From positions 124,001 through 188,000 of the forward strand of contig NW_027191404.1 of NCBI RefSeq assembly GCF_041146345.1: DNA of 64,000 bases, read 5' to 3'. Made by a program: the position numbers and the translations under genes. The notes under the pieces are model-generated. The model was not told the DNA's origin. It worked only from the letters and a program-made list of their open reading frames with translations, and did no database searches. The number at the start of each line of letters is the position of its first letter. Position 1 is the first letter of the stretch. Positions 11,005 to 23,600 of the stretch are shown here, piece by piece. The stretch is from Neodothiora populina. Taxonomy: Eukaryota.

Positions 11005-13941
11005 TTCGAGCTGGAGGTTTGCGTGGGGCTCTCGAGAGTGTACGTTGCTCAGGGCTGGAAGGTCTTTGCTTGCTGTGGATATTCAATTGAGGGTTCTACT
11101 GCTGCACTGTTATCTGGCCTTTCTAGAGCTTGCTACAGCTCGTGGTGTTGTGATTACATCACGTCGTCGATGCTAACGAAGCTAAACGGCATGTTTGCTC
11201 TATGCGCAAACTCAATCTTTAACAACTGCGTTAATGTGCCAGGTTGACAGTCTCCCTGGTTCAGAACATTGCTGGTTCTCCATCAGGTTCTGTTAGAGGC
11301 AGCGGCATACCTTTCGGCTCTCATGCAGACCTTGTCTCTCTCGCCTGACATCCTTGTCCTCGAATCGTGAAGGTTTGACACACAGACCTCAGCCGAAGCC
11401 CATGACTCTGAAAGCAGTGAATGCAGCGTTTGGACAGGGTCGAAAGTAGGTACTGAGTTCGTGCGGTTTAAGTAGCACTGCCAAGGACGGCGCGCTCACC
11501 AATGCTTTTCAGCTTGCGAACAGCGGCTCTTTTCGAAGAATAAGTGTGTTACAAGCATCTGCTGATCTTGTGCTCATGCTCACAGCGGCCTTGGTATTGA
11601 GGTACGTGCTGTGCTTGCTTGTACATCAGTACTGTCAAGAAACGGACTAGGTACTTTGGCTGGACGGAACCACGTCCCGGACCACTGCAGCGGGACATCA
11701 TTTTCCTGTTCGAGCTGTTGTATGGCAGCGATTAAACGTCATCTAGCGCGGCGTGGTCACATTACCTCACAGACTCTGGATCGTATGAGGAAACGCACTT
11801 GCCCGGGCGGAACGGATTGGTGGCGTGCTAGGCGAGAGATCTGCCTATGTGTTACAACGCCATGCTTTATGCGTGCAGTACCTTACTCAGGTGTCGCTTC
11901 ATTCGATCATAGTCTGCGGGTAGCATGACCCGGGACATGTCCCGCGAGACACGTCAAGGAGATGTACCTGTATCTGCAGGACCCTGAGTAAGGTCTTCGA
12001 CTGTTTTTGAATACGGTAGATATGAGGACAATATCAATTGATCTATGCGCTCTAGGGCGAATCCCTATTCGCAAAACACGACTCAAGGGCTTGCGGACCA
12101 TTTGCTGGAAAAGTCAACAGTCGACGAAGTCTCACGGCCTTGAACTCGCGTGGCGATTCGAGCTTAGACAGCGATGAAAGCAATTATAGGATGATCAATT
12201 TAGTAACCTTTCTGTCAAGAGGAGGCGTTCGTCCAGCTATCCACCTCCGCGCTGGGGTATGATCAGGTAGAATTATAGCATCTAAACCCCGGCATCACAA
12301 CCGCACTCTATGGCGATTTCCTGTGCTCGTACAACGCATGGGGATATCTTACGATGAAGGGACTGACTTTCCAGGTAAACTCAGATCTTGCGATACATGA
12401 TACAGCAGATAGATGACAACGCAAAGTCTGTCGTTGACAATCCCTACCCTTTACGAAGCTGGGAACCATAGTGCGATTTGTGTTTACAGGTCAATAATGT
12501 GGCTCAGTGGATCCACAAGTTCCCTGTCAATATGGGCCCAGTGGTTTGACAGGGATCCTTCTGAACATGTGGCATTGAGGGCTACAGAGAGATGATGGCG
12601 GAAGATCTCCGACAGTTCAGACCATCTGCGACCGGACACGCGCACGATACCATAATCTTGATCGATGTGTGGTAAATAAGACATTGCTACGTGCACGCAG
12701 AGACGTTGATGAATATCGCTGCATTTAGCCACGAATCTGGCGTGGCCCTTATTCCAAGTTTAAAGCCGTAGAAGATCAGTGTAGCGCTGTCTGCCCTACG
12801 AGATGAGGCAATCAATCGCCGAGGTGAAAAAACGCAAGTGAAACTTGGTATAGCTGGTCTATAATTCACAAATTGTGACCTCGGCACAACACTGCCTGTT
12901 TTGTGAACGATCATCACCACAAATTAACGCCATCAACCTTACGATTCTTCATTTCTATCCTCGCGCTGATAGAACGACGATCAAGGGTTCAACCGTGCAT
13001 ACGGGAGATGAAATGGGATGGGTTATGCTGGTGCTCACATCCGCTGCTTCCAGGGAACACACTCTAAGGCTCTGCATGCCCCACACGCGAGTCAAGACAC
13101 AGCAACGAGCCCTGCCCCTGTAAAGAATGTACAGAAGTTCTACGTTATGTGCATGTTCGGCAACCCCACAACCGTTTCTCTACCGCTTGCTCTCCTTCTG
13201 CAATACCTACCTTATTCAGTCATGTCCAATGAATGGACAGGCAGATAGTGAGCGACATCACTTCATCTATTGCACGTTGCATACCACACAAGAGCAATTA
13301 TAGTGACACGCCCCGGATCTTCTCATAAGCTAACAACACTCTTCTTGAAACACAATGACGAACTGTGGCCATCCGCCCATCCGTGCTCTAGCATCTTAGA
13401 TGTAAATAGTCTCACCAGCAGGCCAGACGGCAGCTTGACGACTTGACCTTGTGCACACGATGCCATGACTAAGGTTTGATGACTGCTTTTCCCAGTTATC
13501 TGGTAGATTTATACGCCGTCCGCGGATGGGGTGCTCTGAGTTCGCGGCTAAGCTATGTGGACCCCGGTTTAACACCGGTGGCCTGCAGTACTGCTCACAC
13601 TTATACAACGACTTACCGACCTAAAAGTCCGCGCCATGCAGGCACCTCATATGGCCCTCGGCGACTTTGGTCTAAGAGCAGTCAGTGCGAAGAACTCCAG
13701 ACGCCAGACCATATCCCTGTTGGGATGGTGTATGTACTTTACTAGTCATGCAACGATGATCCAACTTTTCGTCTCTAATACCGGTTCCCTCTCTCCGAGA
13801 GACGCACGGTAGTCATGATTATCTTGTTATACCTTCGCTTCGCCATCTTCTGGAAAAACAACTTCCAGTCCGACCTTCCAGCAGCACCTATCGTGTTTCT
13901 TTTGTCTTTTATCGCTGCTCGAGGAAGACGGGAACGCCAGT

Positions 13942-15413
13942 ATGCGTCTCTACGATAATGCGCCCAAAGTGGCGGGCACTGTCATTACGCTCATGGTCTT
14001 CTCCTATGTGCTTCTGCCCATGCGGTTCTACACAAGGTTAAGGAACAAGACATGGGGCCTCGATGATACGTGCATGGCAGTTGCCATCGTCCCTTTCTCA
14101 GCCTTATCTGCTTTCTGTCTTGCCGGTAGCTTCAAGGGTCTTGGAGTGCATGAGGACCGGATGAACGCCGACGAAATCTCAGAAGGCCTTATGGTGAGGC
14201 GCGATCTGATTATGTACTCAACAGACGAATGAATCTATGCTGACTCCTCGACTCAGATGTTCTTCTTTTTCGAGATTTTCTATTGCGCTGCTATCATTCC
14301 TATCAAACTTAGCATCTCCTTCATGTTGATGCGTATTGCGTCACCGAGACGATCTTATGTCTGGAGTCTGTACGGTGTTTCCATCTTGTTCTCAGTCATG
14401 AGCACAATCGCCTTTTTCTTTATTCTCTTCCATTGCAAGCCGGTCCAGTAAGCGCCTTTTGAGCTCCCGTGTTTAATGTTAAGATGGATGCTGAACTTTG
14501 ATGCAGATTCGCCTGGGATACAACCATCGAGGGAGGAAGCTGTGGGAGAGCAAATGATCTTGCAGACGTATACTATGCGACCACGGCAATCAACATCGCT
14601 ACTGACTGGTTTTGCGCTGTCTTGTACGCTCACTTTCTATTCCGATGTTTGCAAAATACTCACCTTTTTCCAGGCCTGTCCCCCTTTTATGGAGTGTCCA
14701 GCTCAACCGTAACGCCAAGGTCTCCGTTGCTTGCTTGCTCAGCTTAGGTGTACTGTACGTACTCACTACGCCATCAAACAATGTGGCCGACATCATCGCT
14801 AATATTGGAACAGCGCGAGTCTATCCGCTTGCATTCGTCTCAATTACACCATCAATCTTACAGAATCCAACGATTACCTCTGTATGTGATATGCGATCTA
14901 TGCAGCTGCGAGCATCCGCTAACTCACATTTCTTTCAGACGGAGTTGGTGATATTGTCATCTGGGGATGTACGTATTATGATGCCTAACCATTACTAAAG
15001 TCAAGGCTCATTCTTGTGGCACAAATGACTGACTTCGCTGTCTTACAGATGCGGAGAATGGTATTGGTCTCGTCGTCGGATGTGTCAGTACCCTACGACC
15101 GCTTTTCCGTCGTATGTTCCACCTCGGCGGATCTACCGATGGAAAGAGCGCAAAACAAACGTGGCCTCAAAGCGACCGCCGTGCGTATCATGAATTCGAG
15201 AGTGGCTACGAGATGCCTCACAAGCTGCGATCAGACAAGGTTGACGCCCAAACGACAGTCCGAGCGAGACGCAGCTCAGATCTGGCCGACAATGTCAGCG
15301 AAGAGCATATTCTACGCGACGTCGGCGGCATCCAGATTAGTCGATCCGTGCTTCAGGAAGCCAGCTACAGCAAAACCAGCGATGAATCGATTCTGGCGCA
15401 AAGCTTGCCATGA
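13942..15413 (+). CDS. PTH11-like integral membrane protein (fungal rhodopsin-domain GPCR-like, no CFEM domain)
   Basis: Multi-exon model with RFYTR..WGLDD, IKLSI, C-x-P-x-x-FAWD...GSC, NIATDW..LPVPLLW, E.GIG..GC..TLRPLF motifs typical of PTH11-related proteins. Confidence 0.88.
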
Positions 15414-16293
15414 ACGGACACAACAGGATGACAGGATGGCTGGCAAATTGGGAAACAGGGAAGCAGTCAAGGAAAATCACCGGCGCTGTGGTTCAGCATT
15501 TTTTTTTTTTGGATTTGAAGGCTCTCAGGATATAAAGGCAGCGAGCGATTTCTTGCAGGCCATGGATAGATGATACCCGGGGAAGAAAAGAAGAGAGAGA
15601 CAAGCCCGAAACAACAGCAGGGGATTATTTGTCTCTCCCTTCCTGCCCCACAACACACTTTACACAACTCACATAATACATTCATTTGTTTTCTTTTTCT
15701 GCCATGAAGGTTCTACGTCTCACCCCGCTCTCCCCGATCTCTTACAAACGACATTGATTTGTGCCTTTCCAAGTGCGACGAAATGGTGTGACGACAGATC
15801 TTCTCCCAATACTCTACATCAAGCAAAACAACAACGCACGAAAAAGGAAAAGAAAAGCCCGCAAACGAAGCAAGTTTCAATATCGCCGTCGATCTTACAG
15901 CCTTTTCCCCCCGAAGCTCGGTACTCAGCAACCGAGACAGCCGAAGTGAGACCCGCTCCTCTTTTATTTCCCCTCGAAACGATTTTCCACAAAACAAATC
16001 TGCCGTACAAACGAGAGTGCTTTCCAAGCCCTTTTGTTTTGTTTTGTTTTGTTTTGATATGGCACACGCAGATGGGGGGGCGCGTCGTCAGTGCAGTGAT
16101 AACGATATTGTTGGTTTGAAACTAGTATTTCATCGCCCCCTCCCCCCGCCCATTCGCATGTAATGACAAATGCTACTTGAACGTGACGACTGCACTCTCT
16201 CATCCCAAACGAACAATTATGAGGGACGCAAAGGGAACTACAACCCCATCTCTGTCTCTTTGCTTGAGCAACAAGTGACTGTCACGACGTGAT

Positions 16294-16452
16294 AGCAGCA
16301 GCAGCAGCAGCAGCAGCAGCAGTGCAATCACGCGAACTCATTCTCACGACCACTGGATGTTTTGCGGTACCCCATAACCTCGAGCTCCCCTCGACGACAA
16401 GAGGGAACTGTCGTCCTTCCAGGGTTGTAAAAATAAGTCTACTGATCATGTA

Positions 16453-16484
<32 letters not shown>
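16294..16484. repeat. (GCA)n and (TCG)n microsatellites
   Basis: GCA run ~16294-16322 and TCG run ~16453-16484 seen directly. Confidence 0.9.
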
Positions 16485-16997
16485 CTAGCGCACTCGGAAT
16501 GACCGTACGGTCGGGTTGATATTCTTCGGACGTGTCTCCGCCGACGACCGCTTGTCTACCTCCTTTGAACACGAATTCACGCATAGTATATCATTTGACA
16601 CCGTCATCCCATGCACGAGCGCAAGCGGGGTTCATCATTTTCTCGCTTTTGTTCTTGTTGTCTTTTATGTCTATCCTGGGTACGGTGGAAGATTAACAGT
16701 TTCTTCTTTCCAGGCTCACATGGGGAACCGAGGTGACGACACGAACTCGCTATTGATTGACGGATGTGTACCATATCTCAGAGACAAGGGATATTATATC
16801 GGTTGACGTGGAAACGATCTATATGTCGATCAAGCTTTCGCCTGTCTTTTCTATGCTCGAAAAATTGCTTGGTCTCTCGTGGTTGAGGAAATGTCGCCAC
16901 TCCGATTGGAATAAAACATAGGGTATGCTCAGAAGTATTCAGCCGTCCAAATGGACGAGCTCGCAGCATGCTAAGATGATCGCCTTTATCAGCGTCG

Positions 16998-19014
16998 TTA
17001 CCTGGACACAGGGGCGACGATCCTGCCATCGCGGCCAACCCCGCTGTTGTAGGGTTGAGCGCGTGAACCATCGAAGAATCGCGCTGCTGGTGGCGCTAGA
17101 AGTGGCGAAGGCATCGGACGACCGTCGACAGCGGTGTATAGTCTTGATCCTGTTCCTCCCGCTGTGGTCAACTGTAGAGCCGACGAGTTCCTCCTAACCT
17201 GCGTCCGCACACCTACTATTCCCCCAAACATCTTCCGTTCATGCGTCTCGAACATTTTAGTAGAGGACTTTTCAAGCCCATCTGCCGTGGAATCGATGAG
17301 ATCAGGGAACGCGTCCCAGGGATGGATACCAGCTTCAAATGGAGTGGTAGCATTGCTGTCGGAGGCAGTGATATGCGTCATCATTGAGTTCTTGTCGAAA
17401 TTTGTGAGTGTGTTTTCGGATTGACGTTGACTCGTAGCGCTGTTACTATTGCGACTGAGTCGAGTCTGCCGGCTCAAACGACGCGGTGGCAGTTCGGCAT
17501 AGAAATCATCGGAGTTGCTCTGTCGTGTTGATGAGGGTCTGATTGCTGAAAATGTTGATGGCTTCCTTGTTGTTATGGTTGTCTCGACGTCTTCGCTAGA
17601 TGTAGGTGACGTTCTCTTGGAGGCATCGATGGAAGACACCCAATGTAGGCTCGCAACCACGACAGTTGCTGGAGAGCGTCAAGATTAGTATTTCCAGTTC
17701 GGATCATCGTCGATAGGGTCAAGTCTCAAGAAGTGGGATAAGTACTCACTATCAATATTGCACAGCATAAGACACAACCAGCCTCGTTCCCCATCCAAGA
17801 CAATCGCGACCGTTATGTTGCATAATACAGAGGCGAGAGTGATAGCACAACCAATGAAGGTGCGAAATGCCATATGGCGTATACCAGAGTTGTTAGAAGA
17901 TTTGAAAGAGATGAGCTCTGCCATTTATGTCAATATCACTGAGCATTTGCGATGTATACAGTCCTATTCCGGATGACTCACGGCGAACAGCTTGAAGGAA
18001 AAGTAGTGTTAATGAAAGCTAATATCGCCACATTAGCTAAAGTCAAATTGAAAGACGGGTACAGTGCTTTCGTACGTTCGTAAGTGCATCGACTATCATG
18101 AGTGGAATCAGGACCTTTCTTTTCATCCCAATGATACAGTGATTATTGCCGTCAAAATATGATTCTTGACTGGGATGACTTTAGCGGGTGCTGTATAGGG
18201 AGTCGAAAGTCGATCTACTTACTATATCAGGTTGAAAATGATCAGAACGCCATACGCGCCTTCACATATATTAGTAGGTGCTCTTCTGAAAAACATAGCG
18301 TTGGGATACTACCAAGGACTCCAAAGGTATTGAACAGATAGAGCCAATCACTTTTGCGTGGCTTCATAGGCAATCGAACGAGCCGCTCGAAGGTTGTCAG
18401 TTCACAACCTCAGAGCATGAGTAATCTTTGCTACTCACCACTCTCTCCGAGAAGAAAAGATACATAAACTGCGAGGCAACGTTAGTCCCCAATACATTGC
18501 CACAGACGAGGAAGGAAGTCGCATACACCCTTGGTTGAAACATAAAGCACAATACTTAGAACTTTAATCAGAGATATGCCAAATGAGTTGACAAGCATTA
18601 TCGCCGATTCGCATACTCTTTCTGATGAGTCGAGAGAATAGCCTCGAACCAGAAGCGCAGAGCTGACAATGAACAGCCCAAAAACGAGATAGACAGCTAT
18701 AACAACTGTTCGATGGCGGATTCGTTCGTCAGCGGTCAATTTGAAGTTTTGGGTGTGAATACCATTGGCATGTTGCAGTCTCATCACGTACGTATACCGG
18801 GTACAGGCAATGCTGACCATGAAGTCACTCGTTGGACTCTCCGAGCTGCTTGTGGATCAGCCTCGACGCATGTCGTAATAAGCACGTATCCAATTCCCTA
18901 CGGGTACACACTTAAGCAGAACACTACTGTAGCCAGGGACACAAGACTGATTATCATCGTTCCCACGCGAATGGCCGGAGTAGATCCATCATTGACAACC
19001 TTTTGCTCCTGCAT
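16998..19014 (-). CDS. Putative fungal 7TM/GPCR-like integral membrane protein with Ser/Thr-rich cytoplasmic tail
   Basis: Many short exons with hydrophobic segments (IISLVSLATVVFCL; CESAIML; YLFLSERV; CIIGMKR; RTFIGCAITLASVLCN; GERGWLCLMLCNID), then a long polar last exon. Exon boundaries and ends approximate. Confidence 0.72.
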
Positions 19015-20647
19015 AATCTTGATATCAGGCAGACCAGCTGCCGTGTAAAGAGGCAGTCTGGTATACAAGATAAGAAGAGCAAAAAGAATGAGAATTCGGA
19101 TAGGGAGTAAAGGATTGTTTTTGATGGTACAGTATATTTTCACATCCCACGTGGTTACGGCATTGACAAAAAACAGTCCGATACCGTAGTGGTGGTAAGA
19201 ACTGTCAAAATGGTCAACGTGCCTAGGGTGCAGTCCGAGATCACATCGTCAGGACAGTTGCCCGACTTGCTTTTGGTGGTTCACACAACTAGAGCGTTAG
19301 GTGATGACACTGCCCTGTGCCGGTGTCTCAAAGGTCCAAGCATCAACGTCTTCACCCAATATAGGAAGACTCCAACCTGTCTGTCGTTCTCGCTGAGCGA
19401 TACGGAGATAGTTGGTGAGACATCAGGCAAAATGTGATCGTGGTATGGATGCAGGCTGGGCCGTTCTCGCTTGCGTCGTGATCCTTCGTAACGGGTCTCA
19501 GATGACCCGTTTCGGCCGAATTGGAATTGATGAAGGCCTTGAGGTTAAGTCCCCAATTGAGTGGTTGCTGGGGCTGTAAATAGTCGCAGAACTGTTTCTC
19601 CTCCGCGGCGTGAAGCTGCCCGAGAGTAAGGTAACGGCCGAAGCAACAATGTAGCTTTAAAAGCCATCTGGACCTAGCATTACGATCTATTGCCGTTGCG
19701 CTGTCGAAAAAGTACTGATGAGAAACCTGACTCGACTCACGTGCGTAACTCTAAGATATGATAATGGACCTGCGACAGTCATCGTAAGCAGCTCAATCAC
19801 CATGGGTGACCCTGTACAGATCTCACGAACCATATCGACTCCGGGCGATGCATCGTATACCGTGTACCACGCAGCCTCTACTTACAAGGGTGGTTCGTTC
19901 TTACATCTGTGCCTCTCACACAGAGACTTACTAGTAGACCTCTCTCCATCGGCGAATTCTGCCTCAACATCATGGAGGGAAACTTTCTCAACGGCGCTAA
20001 CTTGCAAGACGTTGCAACGTGTTAGATAGATCTGGCGAACTCGTATGGCCATCTTCATTCGGAAAGCGATCTGTCGTGGTTCGTGGTATCTGCAGATATA
20101 CCGAACCGGCTATTTTTGCGACGCTGGCTCTCTTGTACGATGTTCACGAGTAATGTTCTATTTTTTCTTTCACAGATCCGATCAGTATGTGCCTCACTGA
20201 TGCTGCACCGCAACACGGTGTTTGAAGTCTTTCTGGTCATGCTTTGCATAGAGGCTCATGATGTCATGACACGGTAACTTGCAATAGTTGGTAAAGTGGC
20301 TGGGTTTATATAAAAGCTGGATTAAACATGCGGCTCAATCAAAAGACGGATGATGCTTGTCTCGAGAATGTGCATCTTTCGTAGACAGATGATATTGGCG
20401 TGTATGCCTGACAGCCACGCAAAGAAGTTGACGAAGCAGTCGCCATGACTGTGTCTATGAAAAGGTACCTTCGGCTATAATGTGTATACCTTGTGGCCTG
20501 ACCAAGACAGAAACTAGTGAAGGAACCCCGGTATGCCACAATGCAAAATAAACAACAATAAACGCCACGCTGTAAGTACACACACATCCATAAAGTAGAT
20601 CCAAGAGTCCATCACATCCTCCATTTCCACGCTATACCATAATAGGG

Positions 20648-23600
20648 CTACGCATCGCCAGCTGGCGCTTCCGTCGTTGCAGGAGCAGGCGTACTGCTAT
20701 TTCCACCATTGCCATCGTCGAGTTTGACTTTCTTGGGGTTCGTGCCTGAATAGTCATCGCCATCAAGCTCAATTGGTCGTTTGAGACTACCGTTGACCGA
20801 GGTTTCGTTCTCTGGATTCGACGATACCTGAACTTGTGCTTGTGGAGCTGTCCCAGTAGGCTGTTGAACTGCGGCAGAAGCAGGCGTTGGTGCGGGGCTA
20901 GCCGAGACTTGTGCTTGTGGAGCCGAGTCAGTAGACGGTTGAACTGCAACAGAAGCGGGTGCTGGTGCAGGGCTGGCTTGAACTTGTGCTTGCGGAGCCG
21001 ATCCAGTCGATGATCGCACTGCGGCAGGAGTAGATGCCGGCATGGCGGAAGCGGTGTTAGGAGCTGCTGGCCCACCTGCTGCTTCAGATCTTCCACTAAA
21101 CACATTGGTAGAACGTGATGCAGTATTGACACTCGATCCCGTTACTGGCGACGGGGCGAAAGTAGGTCGTGGAGGGATGTTGTTTCCCTGTGTTGATTGC
21201 GGTGTAGGAGTGAAAGTTGGCCTTGGTGGCTGCTGGTTCGGCGTTCCAGTGAATGGCATTGAACTCGTATTGTTCACAACCGTTGACTGAGGATTGGGTT
21301 GCATATGTCCCGTCTGAGCATGAGTAGCCGAGGTTTGTGAAGGCGTTGTGCTCATAGGTCCTTGCTGGGGAGCCTGTATCGGAGCTTGTGCTAGCGATCC
21401 AGGAGAATTTGGCTGACCAAGGCCGGCCGATTGTGCCATCGGTGCCGGTGACGCAGACGTCGGGTGTTGTGTTTGTCCCTGTGGTCGGTACTGGCTTGGT
21501 GTTTGTTGCTGGTTTTGTGGCACACTGACTTGTCTTGGCATAGCAGGTGAAGGCGCAGGCTGGGAGGATGTGTAGCCCCCTAGGGCTTGCGCCAAATGAG
21601 CATCCGATGAGGATCCAGGCCGCTGCTGTTGTGGCTGCTGTACTTGACCCGGAGGTGATGCTTGTGTCGTACGCGGCTGAGACGCTGCACCGGCATTGGC
21701 TTGGGGGTTATACTGTGCAGGCAAATAACGGGCTGGGATGTTACCCTGAGGTGGCGCGGGTGTTGTATTCATTGGAAGAGGGGGTCGTGCAGCAGGCGCG
21801 TGAGGCATAGGCGTAGCAGACGGCGCTGGAGAGGGGTTATGATGCGTGCTTGTATACTGCGTGGACGGCTGCGGAGGATGCGTGGACTGTTGTGGAGGCG
21901 CCTGAGTAGGTGCTGGCGGTGCGGGAGCTGGCGCTGGATCGAATCGAGATTGAGCATAAATCTCGCCAATCTTCTTCGTGAGATTTTCCTCCGCCTGTGA
22001 TTCGAAGCCACCCGTCTGGTTGCCTCCACTGATTGCTCTCGTCATAGCCTTGGTGAACATAGCTCGCGCATCGTCTGACTCCTTTCCTTGTGTGAACCCC
22101 GCCATGTACTGAGCCTGATAAGCCATGATGTTGGAGATTGCCTTGGAAATGTCAATTCCGCCCGGCTGCTGTGTAGGCGGCGGTGGCTGCGATGGTGGAG
22201 GCTGATTCTGTGGTGCCGCGTATGGAGAAAGAGCTTGACCTTGACCGTTTTGCGAATTTTGGTATTGCGTAGGCTGTTGATATTGACCCTGTTGTTGCTG
22301 TGGGACAGCTTGACGGGGAGCAAACTGGCTATTTGGCTGCTGGGGGTATTGAGCTTGCTGTGGCTGACCATTCGGTTTGTGCTGTTGCTGCTGTTGACCC
22401 ATGGGGGGTGGTTGGCCATTGATGGATTGTTGTGGTTGACCCCCCATCGGCTGCTGTCTTACCGGTGGCGGTGCTCCATACGTCCCAGGGGCAGGCCGAG
22501 ATGGTTGACCGGGTTGACCTGGGGTCTGTGGCGGATAAGCTGCGTATGGTGGTCTGCTCGGAGGGCCATACGGTGAAGCATGCGCACCACCCATTGGATT
22601 TGATGCATAGGGCGAATAATATGTCCCAGGCTTTTGCGGGGGAGCAGCAACGGGTGGGCGTCCGCCTGGGGGTGCAGCGGGGGGGCCGTATGGTGTGCCA
22701 TATGGACTAGGCCTAGCATATGGTGGATATTGCTGTCCCCCGTTCTGTGGTGGTCCGTATGGGTATTGGTTGTTGCCATAGTATGGATATTGAGGAGGGG
22801 TCTGCGGCGGAGGAGTAGGCGCTTTGCGTTTCTTCTCTTTGTCGATAGACACATCAGGATTGATCTTCCAAAGACGACCCTTGCCAATCTTGCCGGCTTC
22901 CTGGAAAGCCTCGCTGCTGATCAAATTGTGTCGGACACTGCTTTGCCAACCAGACGTCCCTGCTCTGTACTTGAAAAAGGGATACATTTTCTGCATGGCG
23001 TCATATATTTGTTGCAAGTCCATGATACCAGTCGTGGATTTCGACAAAGCCTCGTGTATCAGCACAACATAGGTTTGAGTAGGCTTCTTGAGTTCCTCCT
23101 CGGTGTATTCTGACTCCGGCTTCTGTGGCGAAGGCGTCCTAACAACACGCTTGGGTTTAGAGTCCTTGTCTGGTGTGGCTTGGTTGGCAATCTGCGGCGT
23201 GCCTTGTGATGCACCTTCAACCGACTGCATGATACTAGGATCAATAGACACAGAGGGTCCAGGAGTGATTGAGCCTTCGAGAATAAGCTTACCGTCCTCC
23301 CCAAACCTTTCCTCCTTGTCTTTTTTAGTTCCCCCTTCGGCACGAGCCATAGCAAGGAGCTCATTCAGCGAGGGCACCATCTTCCCCTGTTTCTGTAGCT
23401 CCTTGGTCAAACGCTTGATGATAGCCTCGTCGCGTTTAGACATGACACCATTCTTCGGAGGTCGGCCTGGACCCTTGCGCTTAGCAGGTATATCCTCAGG
23501 AGCAACGCCCACAAGTACCGAGCCAGGCGGAAGCTCAGCAGGTATTGCTGGAGGTGTCTCTGAAGGGCCAGGCTCAGACTTCAAGGCTTGGATCATTGCG

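Noticed and set aside
12521..12556. Inverted repeat TCCCTGTCAA...TTGACAGGGA (10-bp stem)
   Set aside because: Isolated and short, with no target-site duplication or second copy; not supportable as a MITE or ncRNA.
11005..13940. Short ORFs and scattered splice-like signals in the 2.9-kb spacer between the SDR and PTH11-like genes
   Set aside because: I could not assemble a coherent spliced frame or recognise any motif.
19490..19520. Hairpin AACGGGTC-N6-GACCCGTT followed by palindrome TTCGGCCGAA
   Set aside because: Could be TF sites, but short enough to arise by chance.
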